From positions 37,832 through 101,831 of the forward strand of contig CAXXJS010000005.1 in assembly GCA_963662665.2 (NCBI GenBank): a stretch of DNA of 64,000 nucleotides, in the 5' to 3' direction. The first letter of the stretch is position 1. Each line of letters opens with the position of its first letter. Of this stretch, positions 38,347 to 48,300 are shown piece after piece. The notes under the pieces are model-generated. The model had not been told where the DNA came from, did no database searches, and saw nothing but the letters and a program-made list of their open reading frames with translations. The position numbers and the translations under genes are program-made. This DNA comes from Candidatus Latescibacterota bacterium (lineage in GTDB: Bacteria; Latescibacterota; UBA2968; GCA-2709665).

Positions 38347-41340
38347 CTATTCAAAGGTGCCCCTGGTGACGCGTCCGCCCTCGATGGCGCATCCACCGGC
38401 GGCGACGCAGGTATATCGGGTTCCATCCTGAAGTTCGATCAGGCCGCCGTCCTGGAAGCTGAGTACAGCGCGCCCGCCGCTTATCGTGAGGTTTGCATTC
38501 CGAAGAAGCCGGGGAACAAAGAAGCCGGTGGGAAAATTCGGAAGCGCGTCACCGACGCCGTAGGTTCCGCCGCTGCTGCTGCCGGCGCCAACGGCCAGTC
38601 CCGATGGATCCACAAGCCCGTCGGCGCTGGTGAGCAGGTCCTCGACGTTAGAACCGTCCAGGTCCGCGCGCTGCACCTTGTCCGCGTCCACGTCCGTCCA
38701 GTACATCTTGCCGCCCGACACGTCCAGGTCCAACCCATTGGGGGTTGTAAGACCGGTGGCAACCAGGTCCTCGACGTTGGAACCGTCCATGCCGGCGCGC
38801 TGGATCTTGTGCGTTCCGCGATCCGTCCAGTACATCTTGCCGGCTGACAGGTCCAGGGCAAGACCAGTTGGGCTGCTCAGCCCGCTGGTAACAAGGTCTT
38901 CCAGATTGGCGCCGTCCAGGTCGGCGCGCTGGATCTTGTCCGAGCCGGGGTTCGTCCAGTACATCTTGCCATTGGCCGCGTCGAGAGCGATTTCACCCGG
39001 AAATGCCAGGCCGGCCAGCGTGAGGAGGTCTTCGACGTTGGAACCGTCCAGGTCCGCGCGTTGAATCTTGCCGTTTTGCCGGTCCGTCCAGTACATCTTG
39101 CCCCCGGACACGTCGAGCGCCAGACCGTACGGCACGCTCAGGCCGCTGGTAATAAGGTCCTCGACGTTGGAACCGTCCAGATCCGCGCGCTGGATCTTCG
39201 CGGAACCCGCGTCCGTCCAGTACATCTTTCCGCCCGCCATATCCAGGGCCAGACCGTCAGGCCCGTCCAGCCCGCCGCCGCTGACCAGATCTTCGACGTT
39301 GGAACCGTCCAGGTCGGCGGACTGAATCTTGTCCGTGCCCCAGTCCGACCAGTACAGCTTCGACGTTTCCGTTGCGGGTGGCGTCACCGTCGCGACCGTT
39401 ATGCTTACCGCGGCAGAGCAGTTGTTTCCGGTGTCGGACTCACCCGATACCGCATCCACACAGGCGCCGTAGTAGTAGGTGCCGGCGGACGACGGCGCCG
39501 TCAGGTCAACCGACCCGGCGCTGGATCCGGAAGCGGCAAGTCCGCCGACCGCATCCGTTCCCACTTCCGTGTCAGTCGTGGAAATGGTCGCGTCCGTAGA
39601 ACTGAAGTAACGTAACGTCGATGCTGCGGACGGGCCGTCGCCCTGATTGCGGACCGTCGCGCTCAACGTGAAGGATGCCCCTGTATCAGGGCTGCTTGTG
39701 CTGACCGAAGGCGTATCGAGGATCAGGTCTGATGCGGCGCCGCCACCCCCGCCGCCGGGACCGCCTCCACCGCTGCCGGAGGACGTCGCCAGAGCCACAC
39801 CCGACGGATCGACCAGTCCGTTGGCGCCGGTTACCAGGTCTTCCACGCCGGAGCCGTCCAGGTTGGCGCGTTGCACCTTGTTCGTACCGGCGTCGGCCCA
39901 GTACATCTTGCCGCCGGATACGTCCAACGCCAGTCCGTTCGGGCTATGCAGGCCGCTGGTAATCAGGTCTTCCACCCCTGATCCATCCAGGTTGGACCGC
40001 TGGATTTTGTCGGAGCGCCGGTCCGTCCAGTACATCTTGCCGCCGGATACATCCAGCGCGATCCCGGTGGGACTGCTCACACCGCTGGTGACCAGGTCTT
40101 CGACACCCGATCCGTCCAGATTTGAGCGTTGAATCTTGTTTGCGCCCGGGTTCGTCCAGTACATCTTCCCGCCGGACACGTCCAGCGCCAGACCGCCCGG
40201 AAACGTGAGACCGCTGGTGACCAGGTCTTCCACGTTGGCGCCGCTGAGGTCGGCGCGCTGGATCTTGTTTGTCTGACGGTTCGTCCAGTACATCTTGCCG
40301 CCGGATACGTCCAGGGCCAGACCGTACGGGATCCCGAGGCCCGTGACCAGGTCTTCGACGTTTGAGCCATTGAGGTCCGCACGCTGTATTTTGTTCGTGC
40401 CGGCATCCGTCCAGTACATCTTCCCGCCCGCCATATCCAGCGCCAATCCGTCAGGCCCTTCCAGCCCGGTTCCGGAGACGAGGTCTTCCACTCCTGTGCC
40501 GTCCAGGTTGGCGCGCTGGATCTTGTCGGTGCCCCAGTCCGTCCAGTATAGATTCGATGTTCCGGCTGGCGGCGGAGGAGGCGGTGGAGGTGGCGGCGGA
40601 GGAGGTGGAGGTGGTGGAGGTGGAGGAGGTGGAGGAGGAGGCGACGGCGGACCTCCAAAACTCTGCGCAAAGATCAGAAAGTCCGTAAAGTCAACTGAGC
40701 CATCGGAATTCAGGTCTTGCGCGGCATTGTACCTTCCGTCACCCTGGCGAGAATCGAACACGCTCGCGAAGATAAGGAAGTCCGAGAAACCCACCGTACC
40801 ATCGCCGTCGAAGTCAGGAGAGAGTGCGGCGTTGAACGTCACCTCGCTGCTAGTCGTGAGTCTGTCGCTCGCGGTCGTGCTCTCGGCCAAGGTGACCGAC
40901 TCAATGCCTATGGAAAACGCCCTGCCCGTCACGTCGGAAACCGTTGTGAACTCCGCGCGCGCCAGAAACCCCGAAGACGACAATGTGACGGGGCCTTGCG
41001 CCGCCAGGTTAGTGCCGGTGGAACCTTCCGGAAGCGACAGGCCGAACGCGCTGTTTTCCGCCTTTTCATACGACAGCAGCGAAGCGTCGAAATCGAATTT
41101 CAGGATCACTCCAGCCAGGGAGGTCCTCACGCCGGTAGCAAACACCTCAACGGCAATGGCTGTGCCCCGACCGGAAACTGTCCCCGACGTTATCCCATCA
41201 TCCATTTGGTTGCCGGCGCCTCCGCCGGGATTCAGGTCAAGCGACAAAACGGCATTCGCATTAGCGCCGGCGAAGGCCTGTCCGGAAGATACTGCAACCG
41301 CGAAGGCGGTGAACAACAACAGAATCCGTTTGGGAAGCAT
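38347..41340 (-). CDS. Secreted protein: cohesin-like domain + dockerin + poly-Pro + YWTD propeller + CARDB + YWTD propeller
   Basis: ATG 41340 after AAAGGAG; IAVEVFA..LAGVILKFDFDASLLSY...LARAEF (cohesin-like); internal twin EF-hand; two sets of six YW(T/S/A)D repeats. Confidence 0.85.
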   Translation of the reverse strand: MLPKRILLLFTAFAVAVSSGQAFAGANANAVLSLDLNPGGGAGNQMDDGITSGTVSGRGTAIAVEVFATGVRTSLAGVILKFDFDASLLSYEKAENSAFGLSLPEGSTGTNLAAQGPVTLSSSGFLARAEFTTVSDVTGRAFSIGIESVTLAESTTASDRLTTSSEVTFNAALSPDFDGDGTVGFSDFLIFASVFDSRQGDGRYNAAQDLNSDGSVDFTDFLIFAQSFGGPPSPPPPPPPPPPPPPPPPPPPPPPPPPAGTSNLYWTDWGTDKIQRANLDGTGVEDLVSGTGLEGPDGLALDMAGGKMYWTDAGTNKIQRADLNGSNVEDLVTGLGIPYGLALDVSGGKMYWTNRQTNKIQRADLSGANVEDLVTSGLTFPGGLALDVSGGKMYWTNPGANKIQRSNLDGSGVEDLVTSGVSSPTGIALDVSGGKMYWTDRRSDKIQRSNLDGSGVEDLITSGLHSPNGLALDVSGGKMYWADAGTNKVQRANLDGSGVEDLVTGANGLVDPSGVALATSSGSGGGGPGGGGGGAASDLILDTPSVSTSSPDTGASFTLSATVRNQGDGPSAASTLRYFSSTDATISTTDTEVGTDAVGGLAASGSSAGSVDLTAPSSAGTYYYGACVDAVSGESDTGNNCSAAVSITVATVTPPATETSKLYWSDWGTDKIQSADLDGSNVEDLVSGGGLDGPDGLALDMAGGKMYWTDAGSAKIQRADLDGSNVEDLITSGLSVPYGLALDVSGGKMYWTDRQNGKIQRADLDGSNVEDLLTLAGLAFPGEIALDAANGKMYWTNPGSDKIQRADLDGANLEDLVTSGLSSPTGLALDLSAGKMYWTDRGTHKIQRAGMDGSNVEDLVATGLTTPNGLDLDVSGGKMYWTDVDADKVQRADLDGSNVEDLLTSADGLVDPSGLAVGAGSSSGGTYGVGDALPNFPTGFFVPRLLRNANLTISGGRAVLSFQDGGLIELQDGTRYTCVAAGGCAIEGGRVTRGTFE
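40567..40641 (-). repeat. Polyproline tract (25 codons, CCT/CCA/CCG mixed)
   Basis: 75 nt of GG-containing triplets on the + strand. Confidence 0.9.
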
Positions 41341-41538
41341 CGGGAAACACTCCTTTGTTTCGACGACGATTTCGGTCCGGTACATTGTCCGGGCGTTCAA
41401 TTCGACACGTGCGGTTGCAACGTTTCGAGATGCCCGGCCGCACCTGCGTTGTCGCCCGGCGGAAGGGCGTTACTGGCAGCTGGCTCAATACCGCGACACG
41501 GCGTCCCTGGGTTCAGTGACGTCGTGTTGCCGATGGAG

Positions 41539-42348
41539 TTATTTCAATAACAGCATCCGTTTGGTGGCCGAGAAACTGCCCGCCTGTATCCGATACAGAT
41601 AGATACCGCTGGCGACACGGCGGCCCAACACGTCCGCCCCGTCCCACGTTGCCGAAAACGATCCGGCATCCCTCCGTTCGTTTACCAAAACGCGCACCTC
41701 CTGGCCGAGCAGATTGTATATCGCCAGGTACACCAACCCTGCCTCGGGCAACTGATAACCGATCACGGTGGCCGGGTTGAACGGGTTCGGCATGTTCTGG
41801 TCCAGATTGAATCGATCCGGCAATGGCTTCAGGTTGCCGATCTCAGCGCGGTGGAGCATGTCGACGGCGCCATCCAGGCCCACCAGCACGCTTTCCGATA
41901 CCTGGAAGTCTGACGACACCGGCGTTCCGCTCGTCCTGAACACAAGCTCCACCAGCTTTCCGCCGCCGCTGGCGCCCTGACCGTCGATCTTCACCGCGCC
42001 GATATCCACCTGCCCCGCCGTCCGGTTCGAAGAAAGGAACAGCGTTTCCTGCCCGGAACCGGATTTCAGCAGGTTTCCTTCCAATTCCGTGGCGTTCACG
42101 AACTCGTACTTTACGGGATCGTATTGCAGCGAAAACCCGTACCCCTTCAGTGCATCGGTCTGCGCCACCGACACGTGCAATTTCAGAACGCCGCTTTCGG
42201 CGCCCGGATCGTTCTCGCGTTCCAGCTTCAGCATTGCATCGGCGTTCCGGCCGCCAGTGATGTTCAATCCGCGGGTCATATCACCGGCCAATGCCGGTCC
42301 GATCAACACAAACGCCGCGCAAACGGATGAAACGATGCGAGTCCACAT
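41539..42348 (-). CDS. Small secreted cohesin-like protein with FlgD-Ig/T9SS-type C-terminal domain
   Basis: LKGYGFSLQYDPVKYEFV...SGGGKLVELVFR (cohesin-like); QNMPNPFNPATVIGYQL...VASGIYLYRIQAGSFSATKRMLLLK. Confidence 0.85.
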   Translation of the reverse strand: MWTRIVSSVCAAFVLIGPALAGDMTRGLNITGGRNADAMLKLERENDPGAESGVLKLHVSVAQTDALKGYGFSLQYDPVKYEFVNATELEGNLLKSGSGQETLFLSSNRTAGQVDIGAVKIDGQGASGGGKLVELVFRTSGTPVSSDFQVSESVLVGLDGAVDMLHRAEIGNLKPLPDRFNLDQNMPNPFNPATVIGYQLPEAGLVYLAIYNLLGQEVRVLVNERRDAGSFSATWDGADVLGRRVASGIYLYRIQAGSFSATKRMLLLK

Positions 42349-42452
42349 GGCAAACTCCTTTTTTTGTCACCAGTTCGGTGACGAGGTAAATACAGCAGAC
42401 AGCGGGGGCCCGCGAAGGTGCGAGGTTTTCGATGAACACCGCCTTCCGGTCA

Positions 42453-43395
42453 TCAATGCGCCCGGGATAATTGAAAAAGCCAGCTTCTGGCAGACCCAGG
42501 CCTGTATCTCTCCATCACTGCATTTCGTCGCTTCTTTCTTACGGCCAGCTTGGATGCGCCAAATGACACATCGACCCCTCTACGCTGAAGCGCCGCAATG
42601 TGTTCGTTTATCGACGTGGCGCTCAGTGGATTATTCCTCACATCCAACCGATCTCCACTGTCCAATCCCGCATTTGCAACCAGTGGCGCGAGGTCAGATA
42701 CCCTGTTGCTTGCAAGATCCAGCCATTCCAGACGAGTTAATCTTGACAGGGCCGACAGATTCGATACGCTATTGCCTGCAATCCACAGCCATTCAACATT
42801 GGTCAAGTTCGCAAGAACAGACACATTTGCGATACTGTTGTCATCAAGATCAAGAAACTCCACACGTGTCAATCCCGAAAGAGCCGATACATTCGAAATG
42901 CCGTTGCGGGCAAGCCACAGAACGGTCAGGCTGGTCAAATTGGACAGTGCAGACACATCCGTAACGCGATTGTCGTCCAGGTCGAGCCCCTCCAGCCGGG
43001 TGAGCCCCGAAAGGGCTGATATATTCGAAATGCCGTTGTCCGAAAGAACAAGGCCGGTCAGGTTTTCCAGGTTCGAAAGGGTAGAAATATCCGAGATGCT
43101 GTTATCCCGAAGATTCAGAATCTCCAGGCCTGTCAAGCGCGAAAGGGCAGAAATATCTGAAATGTCATTGCCCCCAAGCCCTAAAACCCGCAGGTTGGTC
43201 ATGCGCGATAGCGCAGACACAAGCACAGACAGGTCCGGTAGGCTGTTGTAACCAAGGCCCAGCGTATCCAGACGGTATCTCGCCGAAAGGATAGTACAGG
43301 AGCCGTTCGTTGTCTACGTTGGCGCCGGCGAATGCCGCAGACGCAAGAACGTTGACCGCAATGGCCTTGACCAACAAGCGCTTGAGAGAAGACAT
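42453..43395 (-). pseudogene. LRR protein pseudogene (signal peptide out of frame with the LRRs)
   Basis: 43395 frame MSSLKRLL..AAFAGANV resembles the 41340 leader; ~8 LRRs N.ISDISALS.LT.L lie in another frame with a stop just upstream. Confidence 0.7.
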
Positions 43396-43929
43396 GGAAG
43401 AACTCCCCTAAAATTCGATAACATGTTTGGATTCAATAAGATAGAAATCGAATGGACGAAGGCACCGCTTCGATTTCCTGCGAATGCATCTGCCCCATTC
43501 CTCGGTCATCGAACGGTTTGCAACCCGAATGCTATCGGTTGCACCCAAATCCGAAGTCGGTTGGATTTCGACGATATGAGAGGGAAGAGACGACCTCGAG
43601 GCGCGGAAGGGCTTGCGGGGTATTTTGCCGCACCGGCAGGGAATGCGTCTAAACACCCACCCGCAAACACGCTGCCAGGATTTCCGTGCGCCCATCAAAA
43701 AACCGCGAGACTTCCTGGTTTCAATGCTGGATTTAACCAATCAAACGTAAGCAGCACAAATGATGTCAGCATGATTTTGGGTCGGATTTTGTGAATTTTT
43801 TTTGATTTTTAACTTGATTTACTTACATGTCCGTGGAATCACCCCGGTTTTGTGTGTAAAATTCGCTAATTGTCCGAAATAAACACTGAATTATCCGTGA
43901 AGTCAACGTGATTGTTTTGCTCTATCGTC

Positions 43930-44160
43930 CTAAATTTGTCCCAGTTTCCAATTTCGACGACATTTCGTCGGGCTGTTACCGTATTTCGTTTTGAATACCT
44001 TGCTGAAGGTCGATAGTGAACTGAAGCCACACAGATAGGCGATTTCCGATATGGAGGCCGTGGTATTCTTCAGTGCCTCTTCAGCCATCGCCACGCGGAC
44101 GTTCCGCAGACTCCTCAGGAATGCTGCAAACTCCGACGTAAATTCCGGGTCCGGGTCCAC
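43930..44160 (-). pseudogene. AraC-family HTH fragment
   Basis: SISEIAYLCGFSSLSTFSKVFKTKYGNSP; no N-terminal domain; lies beside the duplication junction. Confidence 0.75.
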
Positions 44161-44230
44161 TATTGATATTTTCCGCTTTTTGGATTACGTTGGATCTCCC
44201 TTGACAATCAGAGTTGCTCATCCTCTCGAG

Positions 44231-44525
44231 CCAGCTCACTTACGCCGTCCTTGGTTCGTTCTTCCTGCCTCTGGTCGCGCTAACCCTGCTGATAATGAAC
44301 AACAGGACGGACTGGGTGGGACCGGGCTTCAAGAGCCACCCCGTCATCAACGCCGTTCTCGTGGCTACGCTCGTGTTTTTCGGATACACCGGCGTGAAGA
44401 AAATCCTCACCACGCTCGGCCCGATTCTGGGCGGGTAATCGCCTTGCATCGGGGCGAACGCCGACATTCGCAGACCCAGATTAGAAATCGCGCAATCAGA
44501 TGGTCCGATCGCGCGATTTCCTGAT
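44231..44525 (+). repeat. 295-bp direct repeat, copy 2 (orphan NRAMP 3' end plus terminator)
   Basis: Matches 30166-30460; encodes QLTYAVLGSFF...GPILGG*. Confidence 0.95.
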
Positions 44526-44554
44526 GGATAATACCTGCTTCGAACGGTTATTCC

Positions 44555-45211
44555 CTATTCTCCGATTGGAAAGCCGACGCCGACCTGAAGGATCAGATTT
44601 CGGTTCTTGATGTCCTCGTCGCCGGTCGTGTCAACTGAAAGCAGCCCAAGCGTGTAGCGCAAATCCACCGACAAGGTCATCTGTTCGGACACCGCCATAT
44701 TCGCCCCGATGCCTCCCGTAATTCCCAAATCGATACCCTTTACGTCATCTCCGCAAGACTCGGAGAACGTGCCGCTTTCTCCGCCGAGGCTGATGGAAGC
44801 AGACCCTTCACACTTCGTATTGAACGCCAACGACGGTCCCAAGAGCAAATGCGCAGAAGCCGGACTACCGGACGGTGTTAGATTAATCGCCCCGAGGCCG
44901 GAAAGCTCGATGTAGTCGAGAAAAAGGTTTGCCTCAAACCCTTCGCTCTCGGCACTATACCCCTTCTGCACGTAGCCGCCGTCGAGTCGAAGGCTGAAGT
45001 TGTCCTGAATCGGGACGGTCGCGGACGCACCCAATGAGAGGCCAGTGCGTGCTTTCAATGCGGATTCGTCCACGCCCTCGACGCCGCTCACGGTCGCCCG
45101 GCTCAAGCCGCCGCGGATGGCGAGTGTGGTCTGGCCCGGAACAGGCGCAGGGAAATTTGCGGTTGTAAGCGCGATGATGCTGGCAATGATGTATTTAGGC
45201 ACGTGTTTCAC
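44555..45211 (-). CDS. Outer-membrane beta-barrel protein (PorT/OMP_b-brl_2-like)
   Basis: GTG 45211; signal peptide; GGYVQKG, LDYIEL, DLRYTLGL, NRNLILQVGVGF. Confidence 0.8.
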   Translation of the reverse strand: MKHVPKYIIASIIALTTANFPAPVPGQTTLAIRGGLSRATVSGVEGVDESALKARTGLSLGASATVPIQDNFSLRLDGGYVQKGYSAESEGFEANLFLDYIELSGLGAINLTPSGSPASAHLLLGPSLAFNTKCEGSASISLGGESGTFSESCGDDVKGIDLGITGGIGANMAVSEQMTLSVDLRYTLGLLSVDTTGDEDIKNRNLILQVGVGFPIGE

Positions 45212-45331
45212 GCAGCTTCTCCCTTGTATAGTGACTCCGTTCACAGCAATCCCGGCTGGTGAATACAACCTGTACGTCTGCTATTACTACCGCGAAAATC
45301 GCCTCCTTTCCGTGAACGTGGATTTTGAGGT

Positions 45332-48300
45332 TCAAGTGGCTTCTTTACCAAACGCGCCGGCGAAGATCAGAAAATCGCTGAACCCGATCGCGCCGTTACT
45401 ATCCAGGTCGAATCGAGCGTCAAATCCGTCGTCGTCCTGGCTCAATCCAAACTGCGCCGCGAACTGCACAAAGTCGCCGAAACCGACGGTCCCGTCGCCA
45501 TCGAAGTCCGGGTTGGCGATGGAAGGTGCGAGGATGTGCGCGATATCCCACAGCAGCATCGTGCCGTCCGATGCGCCGGTGGCGAGTGTGGCGCCATCGT
45601 GCGAAATTGCGACCGTATGAACACTTTGCGTGTGACCCTCCAGGGTGGAGATCAACCGGTTTGAGGCTACGTTCCACAGTCGGACGTCGCCCGATGAACC
45701 GATAGCGAGTATTGTCCCGTCATGGGAGAACGACAGGGCCGCAGCCCTCCCTTCCACAGCGCCGATCGGTTCCCATGTTCCCGTTTTCCATAGCTTGAGG
45801 GTGTGGTGCGAACCGGAAGCGAGTATCCGTCCATCTGGCGAGAACGACAACGCATCGACCGGGGACTGATGCCCTTCCAGGGTTTCGATCAGGTTTCGAG
45901 TGCGCACGTCCCACAGCTTCACCGTCTTGTCTGCACCCCCGGCCGAAGCGAGGATTGCGCTATCATGGGAAAAGGACACCCCATATACCGCCTCTGTGTG
46001 CCCCTCCAAGGTGTCAATCAACTCGCGCGTCGTCACGTCCCAGAGCTTGACCGTTCGATCCGGTGACCCCGATGCAAGGCGGGCGCCGTCAGGAGAAAAC
46101 GACACCACAAATACCTCAGAATGCCCTTCCAGGGTACCGATCAGGTCCTGGGTTCCCACGTCCCATAACCTCACGGTGCGGTCCCCCGACCCTGAAGCCA
46201 GGAGGGCGTCGTCGGGAGAAAATGACATGGAATTGACCTCATGCGTATGCCCATTCAAGGTGGCGATCACTGCCCCCGTTGTCGCATCCCATAGACGGAC
46301 CGTGCCTTCCTTGTACCCCGAAGCCAGAAACGTACCGTCGGGAGAGAACGCCATCGAGCTCAATGATCTGTGACCGGACATGCCTGCGGCATTGCCTGTC
46401 TTCAGGTCTCGTAACAACACCGTACCGTCGGTGGCCCCGGAGACCAGGTTCGCGCCATCGGGCGAAAACGTCACGGAACTGACCTCATCCCCATTCTCCT
46501 CATAATTGGCCACATTCTCTTGCGTCGTCGGGTCCCACAGCTGGACCGTGCCGTCCCGCGACCCGGATGCCAGAGCGGCGCCGTCTGGAGAGAACGACAC
46601 CGAAAGCACGGCGCCGGTATGTCCTCTCAGCGTGGCAACCTCGGTCCGGGTCTCTACGTCCCACAGACGGACCGTGGGATCCTTCCTCCCCCCGCCCGAC
46701 GCCAGCAGGGAGCCATCCGGCGAAAACGACACCGAAGTGACCCGATCCGTGTGTCCCTCCAGAGTGGCCACCTCCGTTTGGGTCGCCACGTCCCACAGCC
46801 GCACCGTGCCGTCCTGAAATCCGGACACCAGCGTCGACCCGTCCGGCGAGAAGGCCACCGAGAGAGACCAGAGGAGATTGTCTTCCCGCGGCACCTCCCA
46901 GGTGCCGACAACGCTCCGTGTCTCAACGTCCCACATCTTGATGACCTGTTCCCTCGACCCGGTGGCCAAGGTTGTGCCATCCCTCGAGAAGACCACCGCG
47001 GTGACCCTTCCCCAATCGGCATGCCTCAGTGTACCGATCGACCTACCTGTCTCCACGTTCCATAGCTCGACCGTGCCGTTATCGAGCCCTGAAGCCAGGG
47101 TGCCGTCGAGGGAAAACGCCACCGACTGGACCGGACTCTCCGTCGACAGCAGTGCCAGGGCCCTTGACGTGGCCGACTCGTACAACCACACGCCAATGTC
47201 GCTGGCCACCGCCAGACACCGTCCGTCCGCCGAAAGCGCCACGGCCCGGTCACTTTGCCCGAGAGCGCCCTTCCCCAGGCGCACCGTTGCCGCCGCGGGC
47301 AGATGCCAGGTCCGGTAGTCCCCGTTCAGTTCAGCCACCGCCGTGCCCACGCCTTGCGCTTTAAACGTCGCCAGTTCCCGGCCACTGATAGACACCACAA
47401 CAGTATTCGAGCCCGGGTGGAGGCCCAGAGTTAAAGGCAGTCCGGCCCGGCCGCTGGCATCCGTAGTGGCTTGCTGCACCGTGAAGCGGCCGCTGAGCTT
47501 GCCCTCTCCGGCAGTGACCTTGAAGGTGACGCCCGCATCCGGCAGTGGATTACCGTACTGGTCCCGCACTTCCACGATGAGGGGCTGCGCCAGGGCCTCT
47601 CCAGGCGCGCCTTGCTGGCCGTCGCCCGAGATGATCTCCAGCCTGGAAGGAGACTCGGGCGGCAGCCACACGGGCATGTCGGCGATCGAGACCCGCGCGG
47701 CCTGCGACGTCGGCACGCCCCACGCCTCGAAGAACGGACCGAGGTTGCGGCCCACCTGCCGGGAGAAGCGCACCAGCCACTGGTCGCGCTTCTCGTCGTC
47801 GCTCTTCGGACGCTCGGCATCCGGCAGGGCCCGATAGGTGGCGAACACCTGCCGGTAGGCGTTCCAGCCGAACGCTTCCTGTAACTGCACGTACATGAGC
47901 AGGGCCAAAGCATGCTCTCGCTTCCACAGCTCGAAATCCGGATTTTCGAAGTCGTAACGCGCGATCATCTCCCGCCTGCGGACGTCGACCCATTGGTGAT
48001 ACGCCTCGGCAACAGGGATCCCGCACAGAAACTCGTACACGTACAGCGTGAACAGGTTGACGACCACCTCGAGAGTGCCGTCGAACGTCCAGTCGCTGCT
48101 CTGATGGTTGTGACCCACCTCGTGGAAGATGCCCCAATTCCCCTGCGTACGCATGTGATCAACGTCCACCACGTTGGCCTGCTGGTCCAGGTGCGCCTCG
48201 ATGGGGTAACCGGCCTCCATGTAAACCATTTCCCCTTGGGAGTTGAAGAGCTGCCTGTCCACGACGAATCGCTCCGGTCTCAAGCGCGCGGGCGATGGCC

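Noticed and set aside
44214-44438. 74-aa membrane protein
   Set aside because: It is the duplicated NRAMP C-terminus with no convincing start.
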